Below are positions 60,740 through 64,000 of a stretch of 64,000 nucleotides of DNA, piece after piece (position 1 is the first letter of the stretch; each line of letters starts with the position of its first letter). The notes under the pieces are model-generated. The model was not told the origin of the DNA. It saw nothing but the letters and a program-made list of their open reading frames with translations, and made no database searches. The stretch is taken from sequence record PX421306.1, one strand, 5' to 3'. The position numbers and the translations under genes are program-made. The stretch is from a phage.

Positions 60740-60986
60740 AAAGTTCAACTACCTCTTCAGTTTCAGCTTCAAACACATCACGGTTATCTTTATGATACAA
60801 AGCTAATAGACGATTAAACATCTTGCCATCAACACCGAGTTCATCTTTGGCGCGAATTCGAATGTCTTTAATCAATTCATTATAACCGGAAATTTTCAGT
60901 TTATGGTCAGATGCTTCTTTAATAAATTTAGCTAAGTCTTCGCCATGGATAGCTTCATCAAATTCAACCATTTCTTTTTTAGCCAT
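60717..60986 (-). CDS. dsbA: dsDNA-binding protein DsbA
   Basis: 89 aa, the T4 DsbA length; between rnh and 33. Confidence 0.8.
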   Translation of the reverse strand: MAKKEMVEFDEAIHGEDLAKFIKEASDHKLKISGYNELIKDIRIRAKDELGVDGKMFNRLLALYHKDNRDVFEAETEEVVELYDTVFSK

Positions 60987-60994
60987 TATTCACC

Positions 60995-61912
60995 TCAAAA
61001 TTCATTAATGCTATTAGTTAATTTAGAAAGACCCGCTTTTACAAAATATGAATAAATTTTGCCACGCGGTGGTAATTTATATGAATTATAGTAATTCACA
61101 ATATTTGAAGCAATATTATCAGGAATATAATCAAAATCAATTAGAACTAAATTTTCTTTATACCGATTATATTCAGATTCAGTGAGAAGCACCTTAGCTT
61201 GCTCGCGGTCATTAGCAATAGCTTCAACAATAGAGGTTTTCATTGAAGGAGTTCGTTCACCTTCAACTCTGGTAAACCAAAAGTCAGATCGTACTTTAAC
61301 TGAAGCAACGTTATCCTTTTTGTCGCCTTTAAGGATTTTAGTCATACAGTCAATTTCAGCAGAACCGCTTTTAATTTTAACCCATTTCTTGTGCATCGGT
61401 GACCATTGCTTAACATTTGGGTATTTGTGAAGTTGAGTAAAGTCACCATCCGATGAAATGATTAAAATCTTATGCCCTTCTAAAGAGAACTTTTTAACAA
61501 GAACAGCAATATGGTCATCTGCTTCATACTTATCAATATCCATAACGATGTATGGCATATAAGCTTTCAATTCATCTATAACTTTATGACTGGATTCAAA
61601 ATAACCTTCCCAATCCCAAGTAGATTCTTCTCGTGCTTTTCCACGGTTTTTCTTATAATAATAAGCAAAATCACGACGCCAGTATCCAGATTTCGCGTTA
61701 TCAATACACAATACAATTTTAGTGTATCCAAGAGTTTTTGCTTTTTTGACATTAAACTTAATTGAGTTCAATATCAAATGACGAACCATTGATAAATTAA
61801 TTTTTTCTTTATCTGGGAAGTTTACTAGAGCAGTTGAAAGCGCAATTTGACTAAAGTCAATTAAGCAGATTCCTTCTTTGTAATCTTCATCCAACATCAT
61901 TTCTAAATCCAT
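60995..61912 (-). CDS. rnh: RNase H (5'-3' exonuclease, FEN family)
   Basis: ATG at 61912 (MDLEMML) gives 305 aa, the T4 RNase H length. Confidence 0.9.
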   Translation of the reverse strand: MDLEMMLDEDYKEGICLIDFSQIALSTALVNFPDKEKINLSMVRHLILNSIKFNVKKAKTLGYTKIVLCIDNAKSGYWRRDFAYYYKKNRGKAREESTWDWEGYFESSHKVIDELKAYMPYIVMDIDKYEADDHIAVLVKKFSLEGHKILIISSDGDFTQLHKYPNVKQWSPMHKKWVKIKSGSAEIDCMTKILKGDKKDNVASVKVRSDFWFTRVEGERTPSMKTSIVEAIANDREQAKVLLTESEYNRYKENLVLIDFDYIPDNIASNIVNYYNSYKLPPRGKIYSYFVKAGLSKLTNSINEF

Positions 61913-61974
61913 ATGAACCTCGTTCAATTAGTGAGATTTCTATTATATACTATCCAAATCTTAAAGTAAACAAG

Positions 61975-61982
61975 TATAAATA
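61975..61982 (+). promoter_or_regulatory. Late promoter box TATAAATA upstream of gene 34
   Basis: Exact TATAAATA 35 nt upstream of the gene 34 ATG; GGGAG ribosome-binding site. Confidence 0.55.
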
Positions 61983-62016
61983 CTTATTATTGAAAACACA
62001 ATAGGAGCCCGGGAGA

Positions 62017-64000
62017 ATGGCCGAGATTAAAAGAAAGTTCAGAGCAGAAGACGGTCTGGACGCAGGTGGCGATAAAATAATCAACGTAGCTTTAGCTGAT
62101 CGTACCGTAGGAACTGACGGTGTTAACGTTGATTACCTAATTCAAGAAAACACAGTTCAACAATATGATCCAACTCGTGGATATTTAAAAGATTTTGTAA
62201 TCATTTATGATAACCGCTTTTGGGCTGCTATAAATGATATTCCAAAACCAGCGGGAACTTTTAATAGTGGACGCTGGAGAGCATTGCGTACTGATGCTAA
62301 CTGGATTACAGTTTCATCTGGTTCATATCAATTAAAATCCGGTGAAGCTATTTCGGTTAACACTGCAGCTGGTAATGATATCACATTTACTTTACCATCT
62401 ACTCCAATTGACGGTGATACTATCGTTCTCCAAGACATTGGAGGAAAACCTGGGGTTAACCAAGTTTTAATTGTAGCTCCAGTGCAAAGTATTGTAAACT
62501 TCAGAGGTGAACAAGTACGTTCAGTACTAATGACTCATCCAAAGTCACAGTTAGTTTTAATTTTTAGTAATCGCCTGTGGCAAATGTATGTGGCTGATTA
62601 TAGTAGAGAAGCTGTAGTTGTAACACCAGCGAATACTTATCAAGCGCAATCCAACGATTTTATCGTACGTAGATTTACTTCTGCTGCACCGATTAATATT
62701 AAACTTCCGAGATTTGCTAATCACGGCGATATTATTAATTTCGTCGATTTGGATAAATTAAATCCACTTTATCATACAATTGTTACTACATACGATGAAA
62801 CTACATCAGTACAAGAAGATGGAACTCATTCTATTGAAGGCCGTACATCTATTGACGGTTTCTTGATGTATGATGATAATGAAAAATTGTGGAGATTGTT
62901 TGACGGAGACAGCAAAGCACGTTTACGTATCATAACGACTAATTCAAACATTCGTCCAAATGAAGAAGTTATGGTATTTGGTGCGAATAATGGAATAACT
63001 CAAACAATTGAACTCCAGCTTCCAACTAATATTTCTGTTGGTGATACTGTTAAAATTTCCATGAATTACATGAGAAAAGGACAAACAGTTAAAATCAAAG
63101 CTGCCGGTGAAGATAAAATTGCTTCTTCAGTTCAATTGCTGCAGTTCCCAAAACGTTCAGAATATCCGCCTGAAGCTGAATGGGTAACTGTTCAAGAATT
63201 AGTTTTTAACGGTGAAACTAATTATGTTCCAGTTTTACAACTTGCTTATATAGAAGATTCTGACGGAAAATACTGGGTTGTACAGCAAAACGTTCCAACT
63301 GTAGAAAGAGTTGATTCTTTAAATGATTCTACTAGAGCAAGATTAGGCGTAATTGCTTTAGCTACACAAGCTCAAGCTAATGCTGATTTAGAAAATTCTC
63401 CACAAAAAGAATTAGCAATTACTCCAGAAACATTAGCTAACCGTACTGCTACAGAAACTCGTAGAGGTATCGCAAGAATAGCAACTACTGCTCAAGTGAA
63501 TCAGAACACTACATTCTCTTTTGCTGACGATATTATCATCACTCCTAAAAAGCTGAATGAAAGAACTGCTACAGAAACTCGTAGAGGTGTTGCTGAAATT
63601 GCTACGCAGCAGGAAACTAATGCAGGTACTGATGATACTACAATCATCACTCCTAAAAAGCTTCAAGCTCGACAAGGTTCTGAGTCATTATCTGGTATTG
63701 TAACTTTTGTATCTACTACAGGAGCTACTCCAGCTTCTAGTCGTGAATTAAATGGTACAAACGTTTATAATAAAAACACTAATAATTTAGTCGTTTCGCC
63801 TAAAGCTTTGGATCAGTATAAAGCTACTCCAACGCAACAAGGTGCAGTAATTTTAGCAGTTGAAAGTGAAGTAATTGCTGGACAGAGTCAAGAAGGATGG
63901 GCAAATGCTGTTGTAACGCCAGAAACGTTACATAAAAAGACATCAACTGATGCAAGAATTGGTTTAATTGAAATTGCTACACAAAGTGAAGTTAATACAG
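62017..64000 (+). CDS. 34: Long tail fiber proximal subunit gp34, 3' end outside window
   Basis: Open frame from ATG 62017 to the window end (about 661 codons, MAEIKRKFRAEDGLDAGG...); internal repeats 'RTATETRRG'. Confidence 0.9.
   Translation, partial: MAEIKRKFRAEDGLDAGGDKIINVALADRTVGTDGVNVDYLIQENTVQQYDPTRGYLKDFVIIYDNRFWAAINDIPKPAGTFNSGRWRALRTDANWITVSSGSYQLKSGEAISVNTAAGNDITFTLPSTPIDGDTIVLQDIGGKPGVNQVLIVAPVQSIVNFRGEQVRSVLMTHPKSQLVLIFSNRLWQMYVADYSREAVVVTPANTYQAQSNDFIVRRFTSAAPINIKLPRFANHGDIINFVDLDKLNPLYHTIVTTYDETTSVQEDGTHSIEGRTSIDGFLMYDDNEKLWRLFDGDSKARLRIITTNSNIRPNEEVMVFGANNGITQTIELQLPTNISVGDTVKISMNYMRKGQTVKIKAAGEDKIASSVQLLQFPKRSEYPPEAEWVTVQELVFNGETNYVPVLQLAYIEDSDGKYWVVQQNVPTVERVDSLNDSTRARLGVIALATQAQANADLENSPQKELAITPETLANRTATETRRGIARIATTAQVNQNTTFSFADDIIITPKKLNERTATETRRGVAEIATQQETNAGTDDTTIITPKKLQARQGSESLSGIVTFVSTTGATPASSRELNGTNVYNKNTNNLVVSPKALDQYKATPTQQGAVILAVESEVIAGQSQEGWANAVVTPETLHKKTSTDARIGLIEIATQSEVNT

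Overview
This window reads as a contiguous segment of a T4-like (T-even, Tequatrovirus-type) myovirus genome. Identification rests on gene order and protein lengths matching phage T4 almost one-for-one, plus visible catalytic motifs and repeated exact TATAAATA late-promoter boxes; no database search was run. Plus strand carries the late structural block (genes 10, 11, 12, wac, 13-24; 10 is 5'-truncated), then uvsW and the baseplate hub genes 51, 27, 28, 29, 48, 54, and the start of gene 34 at the right edge. Minus strand carries rnlB, hoc, inh, uvsY, 25, 26, two tandem Alt-type ADP-ribosyltransferases, DNA ligase, a 30.x-like accessory cluster, rIII, 31, cd, pseT, a spanin pair, alc, rnlA, denA, nrdB, nrdA, td, frd, 32, 59, 33, dsbA and rnh. 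The main departures from the T4 reference layout, as I recall it, are: (1) nrdA is split into two separately initiated fragments by an HNH homing-endonuclease ORF placed between the active-site cysteine regions; (2) td and nrdB are uninterrupted (no group I introns), and no endonuclease ORF sits between nrdA and nrdB or between 32 and 59; (3) a 68-codon ORF is inserted between frd and td, coupled on both sides; (4) a DUF4326-like small gene is broken by a 1-nt frameshift in a G-run; (5) two full-length Alt paralogs lie in tandem. No tRNA, rRNA or CRISPR array was seen.
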